Positions 48,901-59,151 of a stretch of 64,000 nucleotides of DNA are shown here, piece by piece. Made by a program: the position numbers and the translations under genes. Each line of letters opens with the position of its first letter. The first letter of the stretch is position 1. The notes beneath the pieces were generated by a model. The model was given only the letters and a program-made list of their open reading frames with translations. It did not search any database and had not been told where the DNA came from. Source of the DNA: an uncultured Pseudomonadales bacterium (GTDB lineage Bacteria > Patescibacteriota > Microgenomatia > UBA1400 > Chazhemtobacteraceae). The stretch lies in NCBI GenBank assembly GCA_964422035.1, contig CAYQZQ010000001.1, forward strand, positions 515,025-579,024, in the 5' to 3' direction.

Positions 48901-51036
48901 TTAAATTGGTTCTATAGTTATGTTAATCTTTTCAGCTCGTGGGGGCATGTATCTTCTTAGTATCGGCAAATTTGGAGATATGATTAGCTGACTTCGCTTA
49001 TAGCCGGCAATGTTTTCTAAAAGCCTCCTGGTTTCTCTTGCTGACATTTTTTTCATTTGTTCTTGATAGTCTGCAATAGGTACATCAGGTGTTAGTTGGG
49101 CTTCAATTTTGACATCCGCAGTGAGGGAGTTGTCTTGAGAGTTTAAAGCTATAAACTCGGTTGTTGTGTCTTCCAATCTTAATTTCCAACCAGGAGGAAT
49201 GTCATCTCTGATTTTATTTTTCAAAAGGTTAACCATGTCTTCGTCTTTATATGTAAGCAGGGTAAATTCAGCCTTTAGATTCAGACTCAAATTATCAGCA
49301 GGGTCTCCAGCCTCAACACTGTATTGAGCATCTGTAATTTCTGGACTTGATATAGGAACTGTGTTTTGCCCATCCTTTTGAGTCTTATTTAGTTTCTCCT
49401 TAGATTGACTGATAATCTCCTCAGTGACATTTTTTAACAATCTATCAAGATCCTCTTGGTTGGGAGATTTAACGGTTTCAGAATATCCCCCGGAAAAATC
49501 ATCATTTGCTTTAGCTAAAACTGATGTTTTAGGATATGTGTCAACACTTAACTCTGTTCCTGAACTAATATTTCCCTCTTCACCAACTTGTTCTGCTGTA
49601 ACTGATGTCGTGCTTTGACCAGGAACCAGAGTTGTAATTTCGCTTTCATCAGTTGAAGCAGTTTGTGAAGCAATTTCAACTTCCTCGTCTAGAGTGTACT
49701 CTATGTTATTGCTAGTAGCTAGGATGGCTCCTTTTTCAATAACCTTAGAAGAGTTTGTCTTGTTGTACAAAACAACTTGACCTTTTGCGGGATTTCCAAT
49801 TAAAGTTTCTCCTGTAGTAGAGATTTCTCCTTGGCCCTCTAGAGAAATTGATTGTTGGCCTGCCTTTAACGTGGAATTGCCACTCCCTTGATCTGAAATA
49901 TCTATAGTTAATCTTTTAGTAACTTTCTCTGGCTCTACAAAAACTTTTATATTTGCTGTTAAAAACTGCATGTAAATAATTAAGGTTCCTATTCCCATTA
50001 ACAATAAAATGATTAAGGGGGCAAGTATTTTCCAAGTTTTTGAAATATTTGTTTTAGGAAAAGAAAAGTTTACTGAAGGTCTTTTAAAATTTTTGATCTT
50101 ATTAACTAAAATAGATGAGTAAGTTTTTATGCCTTTTCTATCTTGGGTGTCTTTTATTTTTTTTACTTCATCATCAGGTTCACTTTCTTGGTCTTGGTGT
50201 GAAGACTTTGTAATATCGTCCGAGATAAAACTGTTCTGTTTGTGTTTTGTGTTAGATTTGTTTTTATCTTTTTTAATTTTTTTGTCGCTGATCTTTATCC
50301 CCATAGATTTTGCTGCTTCGATACCTCCCGCTAACGCAACTGATTGAATGGTTAATTGAGAATCTGGTTGCTCTACTTTAGGAAGGTGTATAAAGGGTAG
50401 TTTTTCTTGCCAGGGGTATGATGAAAGTTGCTGCTCAGCGTCTGACTCAGATCCATTAATTATTAATATGCGTGACGGTAGTTGTTTGACGTCAATTCTT
50501 GCCAACGCCTCTTCAACATCCTGACCCAGATCTTCACTTCTTCCCACCTCTTGCCTTCCTATGACACGGCCAAGTTTAATCACTACAACATTTACTTTTG
50601 TATCATTTAGTTCTAAGAGGATAAGGCTTGGAGGAATACCTTCACTGATTTTAAGTTGTTGAATAATGGCTTCTGTTATAACAACAAATCCTACAGCCTC
50701 AATTTCAAGCTTCTTTGTAATATCTTTAATTTTGGGCTGAATAGATAAGGCAATTTTTTTTCCTTTTACCCAAGCCTCTGGTAGTCCGAAAATTGCTTTA
50801 TCGGGTTCAGAACTTAAACCTTTCAATGCAGAACCTAAAGACTTGTCAACAGCTAGCAACAATGATTCGTCATCTCTCCAACTTTCAACTGAACCATAGT
50901 TGATAATCTTAGGTTGGTTGTCGACAATCTGCCAGACTGCAGTTTTTACCCTAGATTCTTGAATTTCAATTGCAAGAAACTTTTCGGGTGACATCTCGTC
51001 TTTGTTGTTCTTTTTTAGAATATTGTTTATTTCCAT
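48901..51036 (-). CDS. Membrane protein: N-terminal FtsA/PilM-like domain, TM, C-terminal baseplate-J-like region
   Basis: FLAIEI...VKTAVW and LILLELNDTKVNV beta-strands; TM near aa 340; AKGQVVLYN, VTAEQVGEEGNI, FSGG motifs. Confidence 0.55.
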   Translation of the reverse strand: MEINNILKKNNKDEMSPEKFLAIEIQESRVKTAVWQIVDNQPKIINYGSVESWRDDESLLLAVDKSLGSALKGLSSEPDKAIFGLPEAWVKGKKIALSIQPKIKDITKKLEIEAVGFVVITEAIIQQLKISEGIPPSLILLELNDTKVNVVVIKLGRVIGRQEVGRSEDLGQDVEEALARIDVKQLPSRILIINGSESDAEQQLSSYPWQEKLPFIHLPKVEQPDSQLTIQSVALAGGIEAAKSMGIKISDKKIKKDKNKSNTKHKQNSFISDDITKSSHQDQESEPDDEVKKIKDTQDRKGIKTYSSILVNKIKNFKRPSVNFSFPKTNISKTWKILAPLIILLLMGIGTLIIYMQFLTANIKVFVEPEKVTKRLTIDISDQGSGNSTLKAGQQSISLEGQGEISTTGETLIGNPAKGQVVLYNKTNSSKVIEKGAILATSNNIEYTLDEEVEIASQTASTDESEITTLVPGQSTTSVTAEQVGEEGNISSGTELSVDTYPKTSVLAKANDDFSGGYSETVKSPNQEDLDRLLKNVTEEIISQSKEKLNKTQKDGQNTVPISSPEITDAQYSVEAGDPADNLSLNLKAEFTLLTYKDEDMVNLLKNKIRDDIPPGWKLRLEDTTTEFIALNSQDNSLTADVKIEAQLTPDVPIADYQEQMKKMSARETRRLLENIAGYKRSQLIISPNLPILRRYMPPRAEKINITIEPI

Positions 51037-51065
51037 TATCTTAGTTTATTACAATGGAGGGCAGT

Positions 51066-52919
51066 TTAAACCAATTTTGCATAAATCCTTTGTATACCCT
51101 TACCCACTGATGTCTGTTTATATATTTTAATATGTCCGATATCTCCTGTACTAGAGACATGAGGTCCGTTGCATACCTCAAGGCTAAAGTCTCTAATGCT
51201 ATATACTTTGACTTCTTGCTGATTGTATCTTTCTTTAAAAAAGGCAAGTGCATTTTTTTCTAGTGCTTCCTCTAAGGTCATTTGAGAAAATTCAACCTGT
51301 AAGTCTTCATCAATTTTTTTATTTACGATTTTCTCAACTTCCCTTAATTCTTCATCACTAATTTTTTGGGAATGCGTGAAATCAAATCGGAGTCTTTCTT
51401 TTGTAATATTTGAACCTGTTTGTTTGACTTGCTCTCCCAAGACCTTCCTTAGTGCTTTGTGAACAAGGTGTGTAGCAGTGTGATATTTCGTGGTTGTCTC
51501 TGAATGATCAGCTAACCCCCCCTTAAACATTCCCTTACTTGCAGAGCGAGATTTTTCTGCATGATTTTGAATTAATTTTTCAAACTTTTTTTTGTCAAGA
51601 TTTACCCCCTTGCGAGCCAATAAGTTGCTGGTGATTTCGAAGGGTAAGCCGTGGGATTGATAGAGATCAAATGCTTTTTGTTCGTCAATTTTGGAGAATT
51701 TTAGTTTTTCAAGTTCTCTTAAACCTCTTTCTAAAGTTTTTGAAAATTTATTTAGCTCCGAATCAATAGTGTCCTTAATTATTGTTTTCTTTGTTTCTAA
51801 ATAATCATAGTCCTGCTTGTATATATCTACTACTGTTTCTACCAAAGAAGCCAATTGCTTGGAAGCTGGGTTATCTGTTAGGTGATACATTGACATCGAG
51901 GCGTTTCTTAACAGGCGTCGAAGAATATAACCTTGTTGCTTGTTGGAAGGGCGGACTCCTTGCCCAATCATAAACGTTGAGGCTTTAATGTGGTCAGCTA
52001 TAGCTTGAAAATCAGCTTTATTATTGGACGTGTATTCTTCATTAGTTAATATTTTAAGTTTGTTTATAATCGGCTGAAATAAATCAGTTCTAAACATATC
52101 GGGAGTATCTTGTTTGGCAGCTAAGAGTCGCTCAAGACCTCCTCCAAAATCGACGTTGGGGTGTTTTAATTTTTCAAAAGTGCCATCTTTGTTTTTTTTA
52201 TATTGCATAAAAACTGAATTGCCGATTTCAAAAAATCTTCCGCAGTCACAGTTGGGATGACAATGTGGGCCATATTTTGAGTCATGCTCGACTTGATCAA
52301 ATTCAAAAAAGACTTCGGAGTCTGGTCCTCCAGGCTCTTGAGGGGGCATGTTTTCTGGTACTCCCTGCCTACTCCACCAGTTTTTTTGAGCATCATAAAA
52401 GAATATGCGTGCGTTTTTTTTGAGACCACTGCTTTTTGCTTCTTCTCCATCTTGTGTGACAGCTTTTATGCCAACATCAGAGAATAAATTTTTCCAAATA
52501 CTTACTGACTCTTCGTCTTTAGAGATATTATTTTGTGAAGAACCAGAAAAAACAGAGACATAGAGTCTCTCTGGTGAGAGCTTAATCTCTTGAATAAGAA
52601 AATCCCAAAACCACGATAGTTGTTGTGCCTTAAAGTAATCTCCGAGCGACCAATTTCCTAGCATTTCAAAGAATGTTGTATGTCTATCATCTCCTACTTC
52701 ATCAATGTCTTCAGCTCTAAAAGAAGGCTGCGAGTTGACTAAGCGGACTCCTTGGGGGTGCTTTTGTCCTAGAAGATAGGGAACAAGGGGTTGCATTCCA
52801 GAACCGGTGAACAGGGTGGTGGGGTCTTCCTGAGGAACAAGAGAAGCAGGGGAGATAATGACGTGGTCTTTGGATTTAAAATAATTTAGATATTTTTGCC
52901 TTAATTCTTGACCAGTCAT
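51066..52919 (-). CDS. alaS: Alanine--tRNA ligase (short form, no C-Ala domain)
   Basis: LFTGSGMQP, HTTFFEMLGNWS, GGGLERL, HTATH, CNGPHV. Confidence 0.96.
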   Translation of the reverse strand: MTGQELRQKYLNYFKSKDHVIISPASLVPQEDPTTLFTGSGMQPLVPYLLGQKHPQGVRLVNSQPSFRAEDIDEVGDDRHTTFFEMLGNWSLGDYFKAQQLSWFWDFLIQEIKLSPERLYVSVFSGSSQNNISKDEESVSIWKNLFSDVGIKAVTQDGEEAKSSGLKKNARIFFYDAQKNWWSRQGVPENMPPQEPGGPDSEVFFEFDQVEHDSKYGPHCHPNCDCGRFFEIGNSVFMQYKKNKDGTFEKLKHPNVDFGGGLERLLAAKQDTPDMFRTDLFQPIINKLKILTNEEYTSNNKADFQAIADHIKASTFMIGQGVRPSNKQQGYILRRLLRNASMSMYHLTDNPASKQLASLVETVVDIYKQDYDYLETKKTIIKDTIDSELNKFSKTLERGLRELEKLKFSKIDEQKAFDLYQSHGLPFEITSNLLARKGVNLDKKKFEKLIQNHAEKSRSASKGMFKGGLADHSETTTKYHTATHLVHKALRKVLGEQVKQTGSNITKERLRFDFTHSQKISDEELREVEKIVNKKIDEDLQVEFSQMTLEEALEKNALAFFKERYNQQEVKVYSIRDFSLEVCNGPHVSSTGDIGHIKIYKQTSVGKGIQRIYAKLV

Positions 52920-52960
52920 AATGATTAATTATACTGGCCTTGATAGAAAATCCAAAATGA

Positions 52961-53272
52961 TTAGTTTCTTAGTGGTTGTCCATTTTTAGTGAAAGAAGAT
53001 AAATTTGAATTTGAATTGTTTCTTTTGAGCTTGTTAAGAACTGTCTTTTTGGGTTTTTCAACCTCTTGATGTCTATTTTCTGAAAAAACTTCTTTTAGGT
53101 TGGGATCAAGATCTTTGGCTAGTTTTTTTGCTTCTTTGTAAAGCTCCCTAGACACTTCTCTTCCTCTTTGGGTTCCTAGTAGTAAGGCAGCTACAGCACC
53201 CACCGCAGCTCCAGTAAAAAAGGAGGACAAGGAGTTCTCTTGATGATAATACTTATTATTTTTCTGTGACAT
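52961..53272 (-). CDS. YtxH-like small membrane protein
   Basis: FFTGAAVGAVAALLLGTQRGRE; start at MSQKN. Confidence 0.7.
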   Translation of the reverse strand: MSQKNNKYYHQENSLSSFFTGAAVGAVAALLLGTQRGREVSRELYKEAKKLAKDLDPNLKEVFSENRHQEVEKPKKTVLNKLKRNNSNSNLSSFTKNGQPLRN

Positions 53273-53543
53273 AGGTATCCTTGTTCTTCTTTTCAAAAAA
53301 AGTTCGAATTACTTCAACTAGATTAATACCTTGCTTAACACCTGTTATTATATTATTTAAGCTTTGTCCGGGATTCCCAAGTTTATGGATCAGTAATTCT
53401 ATTTCGTCGATAACCTCGTTAGTTCTTTGGATGGTTTTTCTTAATTCTTTAAGTAACAAGATTATCTGAATACCGACAAAGGTAAGTACGCCGGTTATCA
53501 GCACAATGACTACTATTAAAAGGGCTTGATTAAATGTGAACAT
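53256..53543 (-). CDS. Small membrane/coiled-coil protein (DUF948-like)
   Basis: N-terminal TM then LKELRKTIQRTNEVID; precedes YtxH. Confidence 0.6.
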   Translation of the reverse strand: MFTFNQALLIVVIVLITGVLTFVGIQIILLLKELRKTIQRTNEVIDEIELLIHKLGNPGQSLNNIITGVKQGINLVEVIRTFFEKKNKDTYVTEK

Positions 53544-53584
53544 ACCTGCAGTTTGTCATATATTTGGTAATTTTTAAAGTATCA

Positions 53585-54217
53585 TTATGAAGACACGATA
53601 GTTATAGGGATTGTTTTTTTATTGGTCCTAGAAAATCGATTAGTAGATTTGATTTCAAGCTCGTACTCACCAGGAGAGAGGTTGATCTGGGTAAAGAATA
53701 TGCCGGAAGAGTCAGGTTTAATATGAGTATTTTGATTAATCATTATTGATGAATCAGGAGAGGTTTTACCTTCGATAATTACAGGTGAAACAATAACAGA
53801 ATTAGCTTCAGGTTGAGTAATGCTTAGGGGTGGAGGAACAACAAGTGCTCTATATTGAAAAGCTAAATATCCAAAGAAGGCAATTATTCCTGTAGCTACC
53901 AACTTCCAGCCCGTTGATGAAATTATTGAAGATTTTTGCTTAATGTTAGAGGTAGATTCTTTTTCTAATGTTGTATTTTTAGTAGAAGAGTAATCTCTAC
54001 GAAAAACAGCGATCAACTCCTCAGGGGGAACATCGACTTGAATAGCATAGTTTCTTATAAACCCTTTTACAAAAGTTGGAGGGGGCAGCTTTTGAAATTT
54101 ATCGTTCTCTAGCGCCTTGATGTATCTGGCTTCAATCCTAGTTGCCTGAGCGATATCTTGAATAGAAAGTTTTTTCTCTTTGCGTGCAGAAGTTAGGATT
54201 TCCCCAAGAGATTTCAT
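53585..54217 (-). CDS. RodZ-like HTH membrane protein
   Basis: SLGEILTSARKEK, YIKALEN, FVKGFIRNYA; TM; Ig-like C-term; follows ftsK. Confidence 0.8.
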   Translation of the reverse strand: MKSLGEILTSARKEKKLSIQDIAQATRIEARYIKALENDKFQKLPPPTFVKGFIRNYAIQVDVPPEELIAVFRRDYSSTKNTTLEKESTSNIKQKSSIISSTGWKLVATGIIAFFGYLAFQYRALVVPPPLSITQPEANSVIVSPVIIEGKTSPDSSIMINQNTHIKPDSSGIFFTQINLSPGEYELEIKSTNRFSRTNKKTIPITIVSS

Positions 54218-54220
54218 TTT

Positions 54221-56344
54221 TTACTCTTCTTCTACTTCGTTTAAAATTTCGTCTGCTGAATCAATTAAGACATCGCGCGGTTTGCTTCCGTCTGGAGGAG
54301 TAACAATGCCAGCTCTTTGTAGTTGATCTAAGATGCGAGCAGCTCTTGCATAACCAATTGAAAGGCGTCTCTGGAAAAGAGAGGCTGAGGCTTTATCGTG
54401 TTGCACACTAAGCTTAACGGCATCATCAAATAATTCATCTACATCTTCAAGTGGTTCTCCTTCTATGCTAGTAGGGGCACTTGAAGAGTGGGTTTCAGTA
54501 ACTTCCTCCTCGTACTCAGGTTTTTCTGAATGCTTTTTAAGGTAATCAATTACTTCTTTGGTTTCACTATCGGAAACAAATGTGCCCTGAATTCTGCGTG
54601 GTTTGGCTTGGTCAGGAGGAATATACAACATGTCACCTTTGCCTAACAATTTTTCAGCTCCAGGAGTATCAATGATAACTCTAGAGTCAACCATAGAAGT
54701 CACATTAAAGGCGATACGACAAGGGATATTTGCTTTGATTAAGCCAGTGATTACATCTGTAGATGGCCTTTGAGTAGATAATATTAGATGTATACCTACA
54801 GCTCGTGCCATTTGAGCAAGTCTAGTAATTGTATCTTCAACTTCGGACGTGTTGTAAAGCATGATATCAGCCAGTTCGTCAATAAAGATAACGATGTAAG
54901 GCATTGCTTGAAAGCCAGATAGTTGATTGTATGCAGCAATATTTCTTACCTTAACTTCTGAGAACAATTTATATCTTCTTTCCATTTCCTGAAGGGCCCA
55001 TTTCAATGAAGCTACCACTTTTTCTGGGTCGATTATCACGGGAGTAAGAAGATGGGGAATTCCGTTGTACTGAGTTAATTCTACTCGTTTGGGATCAACT
55101 AATATGAGTTTTACTTCTGAGGGTGAGGTTCTGTAAAGGATTGAGGAAATAAATGAGTTAATACAAACGGACTTACCCGAGCCCGTAGCACCGGCAATTA
55201 AGACGTGGGGCATTTTGGTTATATCAACTACAACTGGCTCACCGGAAACATTTAACCCCAAACCAACAACTAGTTTTGAATCGGATTCCTTCATGGGTTG
55301 AGAAACAAGCATTCGCTTTAAAGATACATTTTCAGCAGAACGATTGGGGACTTCTATGCCAACAAGATTTCTGCCAGGAATGGGAGCTTCTATTCTTATC
55401 TGACCAGTGGGAGCTGATAGAGCCAGGGCAAGGTCGTTTTGGAGATTAGTTACTTTTGATAGCTTGGTTCCAATTGCAAGTTCGATGGCATATTGTGTTA
55501 CGGCTGGACCAAGATTTACTTCAACCACCCGGGCTTCAATACCGAACGATTCAAGCGTTTTTTCAATAATATCGGCATTCTTTTTTATATCACCGCGATC
55601 GGCTTGACCTGTTTTTACATCCTCTAATAAGTCCAGTGAAGGTGCTTGCCACTGTTGATTGCTATCAGCCGAAGGTTGATTCCTGACAACTTGATTTTCC
55701 AGGTCTGTTGATTCATCTTCTTTATTGATATCTTTCTGTTTTTTTGTGTCAGCGGATTTATCTAATGATTCAGATTTTGAACTTGGAGTCATGCCACCAA
55801 CCTTCAATTGTCTTTTGGAAAGGATTTTTGATGTTTTGGGTTTAGGTACATTTTGACCAGCTTTTTGAATGAATTTTAAAGTATCTTTGATAAAAACAAC
55901 CATATCTTCCAGTGATGTCTCAAAGAATATAATCAGGCCTATTAACGTGCCTGAAAAAAAGAACAAGTATGTTCCAGGAGAGGTTATAAGAGATTTAAAG
56001 GATATGAAGACTTGAGAGCCAATTTCACCAGACTGAAATAAAGTTATTAAAGATAATAAGATAATTAGTGCTCCAAGAAAAATATGAGGCTTCGCTGCTT
56101 CTAACTTTACTTTGGTGATAACCAATCCTCCCAATATAAAAATAAAGGGTAGTCCTATCAATCCCCAACCAAAAAGATGGGAGCCTAGTTGGTATATTTT
56201 GGAAAGTATTGGTCCTTGTTGCGAAAAAGAGATTGAGACTAGCCCACCTAGAGTAATAAGACTGACGGCAGCTATCGACCTTAGAGAGTCTTTCTTTAAT
56301 TTAAGTTTAAAAGGTTTAGTGCGTCTTCCGCGCTTTCGAGCCAT
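54221..56344 (-). CDS. ftsK: DNA translocase FtsK/SpoIIIE
   Basis: 4 TM; AGATGSGKS, IDELAD, TQRPS, gamma domain QRRLSIGYARAARI. Confidence 0.97.
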   Translation of the reverse strand: MARKRGRRTKPFKLKLKKDSLRSIAAVSLITLGGLVSISFSQQGPILSKIYQLGSHLFGWGLIGLPFIFILGGLVITKVKLEAAKPHIFLGALIILLSLITLFQSGEIGSQVFISFKSLITSPGTYLFFFSGTLIGLIIFFETSLEDMVVFIKDTLKFIQKAGQNVPKPKTSKILSKRQLKVGGMTPSSKSESLDKSADTKKQKDINKEDESTDLENQVVRNQPSADSNQQWQAPSLDLLEDVKTGQADRGDIKKNADIIEKTLESFGIEARVVEVNLGPAVTQYAIELAIGTKLSKVTNLQNDLALALSAPTGQIRIEAPIPGRNLVGIEVPNRSAENVSLKRMLVSQPMKESDSKLVVGLGLNVSGEPVVVDITKMPHVLIAGATGSGKSVCINSFISSILYRTSPSEVKLILVDPKRVELTQYNGIPHLLTPVIIDPEKVVASLKWALQEMERRYKLFSEVKVRNIAAYNQLSGFQAMPYIVIFIDELADIMLYNTSEVEDTITRLAQMARAVGIHLILSTQRPSTDVITGLIKANIPCRIAFNVTSMVDSRVIIDTPGAEKLLGKGDMLYIPPDQAKPRRIQGTFVSDSETKEVIDYLKKHSEKPEYEEEVTETHSSSAPTSIEGEPLEDVDELFDDAVKLSVQHDKASASLFQRRLSIGYARAARILDQLQRAGIVTPPDGSKPRDVLIDSADEILNEVEEE

Positions 56345-56385
56345 AAGCAGGCAATAAGTTTTTTATAGTAAGACTATTATATCGT

Positions 56386-58044
56386 CTATGCTTCAACTAC
56401 AACAGGGATAATAAGTGGGTTTCTTTCTGTTTTTTGATAGATAAAGTTATCAAGACGATCTTGTATTTTATTTCGAATAAATCCCCAGTCAGTGACTTGG
56501 CCTTTGTGTTTTTCTAAGGCTTTTTTGACTTGATCTTTAATTTCATCGATAAGATCTTCAGACTCTTTGACATAGACAAATCCTCTGGAAACTATCTCGA
56601 TGTCTCCTGTAATCTGTCCTGTGCTGTGATCTACGGGGATGATGGCTACAACTATGCCCTCTTCAGACATTACTTGCCTGTCTCTAAGAACTACCTTACC
56701 CACATCGCCAATACCCAAGCCATCAACATAAATGTTTCTTAATCTTGTTGTATTACCAAGCTTAACTTGTCGGTCTTTTAAGATAATTTCTTGTCCATCT
56801 TTGGGTAAAAGAGTTTTATCTTCAGAGTAGCCTAGATCTTGTACCATCTTTTTGTAGGCGTATTGGTGTCTAATCTGTCCTCCAATTGGGAAGAAGTATT
56901 TAGGCTTGGTTAACCTGGCTAATAATTTTAGCTCACCTCTATAGCCGTGGCCTGAAACGTGCAGTTGGTTAGTTATATCGCTGTATATGACCTCAACACC
57001 TTGTCGAGTTAAGGTGTCAATTAAAGAGTAGACACCTGACTCATTCCCTGGAATAGCGTCTGATGAAATAACTACTTTGTCACCTTCTTTAAGTTTGACG
57101 TTTCTGTGCTCTCCTGCAGCGGCTCTTTGCATAGATGAACCTTCCTGTCCTTGAGATCCTGCAATCATTAAAGCGACTTGACTATCTTTAAAGTTTTTTA
57201 TTTTGTGACGATCGATTAACATGTTTTTAGGTATGTTGACATAACCTTCTTCTGCAGCAATTTTTAAGTTAGTTTCTACGCTGCGCCCAACTAGGGCAAT
57301 TTTACGCCCTGCAGAAGCGGCTGCCTCAATGGCCATGCCGAATCGAGCAACAGAAGAACTCATGGTGGTAACAATAAATTTCCCTTTGGTTGTTCTAAGT
57401 TCTTTTTGAAAGGTTTCTTTGATAAGTTTTTCGGGCTGAGTAAAGCCTGCTTTCTCGACGCGAAGACAGTCTGACAAGAGAAGATCAATTCCTGCACTAC
57501 CTACTTGAGCAATTTTATTGAGGTCTGGTGGTTTTCCATCAGGAGGAGTTAGATCAAATTTAAAGTCAGTACCGTGATACACGGTTCCGGCGGGTGTCTC
57601 GATAAGAAAATGTTTACAATCAGGAATCGAGTGGGTTACGTGGATGGGTGTTATGGAGAAGGGTCCAAGTTGGATTTTATTTTTTATAAGCTTAAATGGA
57701 TTATGTAATCCGTATTCTTGTACATTGTTTTTGGCTAGAGCAATAGTTAGTTGTGAACCATATATGGGAAGATCCTTTTCAAGTCTAGGTAAAACGTATG
57801 GCAGTCCACCCATGTGATCTTGATGACCATGAGTTAGAACAATGCCGTGCAGTTTTTTGTTTGATTTTTCTATGTACGATATGTCAGGGATAAGGACGTC
57901 TACTCCTAGCATGCTTTCCGTTGGGAAACCAATGCCGCAGTCTACGGCAATTTGATGTTCTCCATATTCATAGATGAACATGTTTTTGTTAACTTGACCA
58001 TTTCCACCTAGTGGAATGATTTTGAGTGATTTTGATGAATTCAT
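56386..58044 (-). CDS. rnj: Ribonuclease J
   Basis: THGHQDHMG, HSIPD, GSQGQ, IPGNE, HVSGH. Confidence 0.95.
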   Translation of the reverse strand: MNSSKSLKIIPLGGNGQVNKNMFIYEYGEHQIAVDCGIGFPTESMLGVDVLIPDISYIEKSNKKLHGIVLTHGHQDHMGGLPYVLPRLEKDLPIYGSQLTIALAKNNVQEYGLHNPFKLIKNKIQLGPFSITPIHVTHSIPDCKHFLIETPAGTVYHGTDFKFDLTPPDGKPPDLNKIAQVGSAGIDLLLSDCLRVEKAGFTQPEKLIKETFQKELRTTKGKFIVTTMSSSVARFGMAIEAAASAGRKIALVGRSVETNLKIAAEEGYVNIPKNMLIDRHKIKNFKDSQVALMIAGSQGQEGSSMQRAAAGEHRNVKLKEGDKVVISSDAIPGNESGVYSLIDTLTRQGVEVIYSDITNQLHVSGHGYRGELKLLARLTKPKYFFPIGGQIRHQYAYKKMVQDLGYSEDKTLLPKDGQEIILKDRQVKLGNTTRLRNIYVDGLGIGDVGKVVLRDRQVMSEEGIVVAIIPVDHSTGQITGDIEIVSRGFVYVKESEDLIDEIKDQVKKALEKHKGQVTDWGFIRNKIQDRLDNFIYQKTERNPLIIPVVVEA

Positions 58045-58063
58045 ATTTTTTGTAATTTATTAA

Positions 58064-59134
58064 TTAATTTTTTGGTAAAAAGTTTTGAAGATTTTGTTGA
58101 GTAATGTGCACAGATTCAGCCTTGTTTTCAACGATCATGCGCGCTGTTTTTCTAGCGATTCCCTGCAGGCTTCTCTTTAAGGTTCTTATTCCTGCGTCAT
58201 AGCCTAATGGGCGTACAATTTGCGGCCATAATTGGTCATCAATGGTTAATTGCTGACTAGTTAGACCTGCATCTTCTATTACTTGGGGGAACAGGTAGTC
58301 TTGAGCTATGTGCATTTTTTCCTCATCTGTATAAGAGGGCATTCTGATGGGCTCCAGCCTGTCCTGCACAGCAGTGGCAATATTGGTGGTATTGTTGCCG
58401 GTAGCAATGAAGATGATTTCAGAGAGATCAATTGGATAGTCTATGTAATGATCAATAAAATTAGAGTTTTGTTCCTGATCTAACAGTTCAACTAAAACTC
58501 CCATTATGTCATCTCGATTTTTTTCAGTTATTCTATCAATCTCATCTAGAAGAATAATCGAGTTCTTTGCCTGTGTTTGAGCTAAAGATTTAACGATATA
58601 TCCTGGCTCAGACTCTAGATGAAGGCTTGACTGCCCCCTTAGGTCTTTGGCTGAACCTAGCCCTCCAAAAGGTATACGCGCCATTGGCCTGTCTAAAGCT
58701 TCAGATAGGGCACGAGCAAAGGTTGTTTTTCCGGTTCCTACAAGACCCACCAAGAATATGGTGGGGGCCTTAGCTACGCCTTGATTGCGAGATAGGCGGA
58801 GCTTGAGAACCGACATATATTCAAGGATGCGGTCTTTTACATCTTGCATACCGTAATGATGCTTGTCCAAAGTTTGCTGTATTTTTGTAATATCAATTGG
58901 TTTTTGAACTCTTTTGTTCCAGGGCAGTTTTGTAATCCAGTCGATGTAATGACGGGCTGTCTCGTATTCTTTGCTATAGTAATCACTGTTTTCCATGCGC
59001 TGAAGGCGGTCTGTCATTCTTTTTGCTTTATTTTCGAGATCTGGGGGCAATGTAGTCTGCTCAATCTTTTGATTAAGATTGATAACATCTTGATTAGGCG
59101 ACTTGCTAGAAGGGTGGTTGGCAGGCTGATCCAT
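58064..59134 (-). CDS. Lon-family AAA+ ATPase lacking N-terminal and protease domains
   Basis: YIDWITKLPW, LDKHHYG, GLVGTGKT, LLDEID, FIDHYID, DRLE, GIRTL; ends where the protease domain would begin. Confidence 0.85.
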   Translation of the reverse strand: MDQPANHPSSKSPNQDVINLNQKIEQTTLPPDLENKAKRMTDRLQRMENSDYYSKEYETARHYIDWITKLPWNKRVQKPIDITKIQQTLDKHHYGMQDVKDRILEYMSVLKLRLSRNQGVAKAPTIFLVGLVGTGKTTFARALSEALDRPMARIPFGGLGSAKDLRGQSSLHLESEPGYIVKSLAQTQAKNSIILLDEIDRITEKNRDDIMGVLVELLDQEQNSNFIDHYIDYPIDLSEIIFIATGNNTTNIATAVQDRLEPIRMPSYTDEEKMHIAQDYLFPQVIEDAGLTSQQLTIDDQLWPQIVRPLGYDAGIRTLKRSLQGIARKTARMIVENKAESVHITQQNLQNFLPKN

Positions 59135-59151
59135 AGACTCAGTATAAACGG

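Noticed and set aside
48901-49900. Baseplate-J-like region as evidence of a prophage
   Set aside because: No capsid, terminase, tail or integrase genes; it lies in a housekeeping operon.
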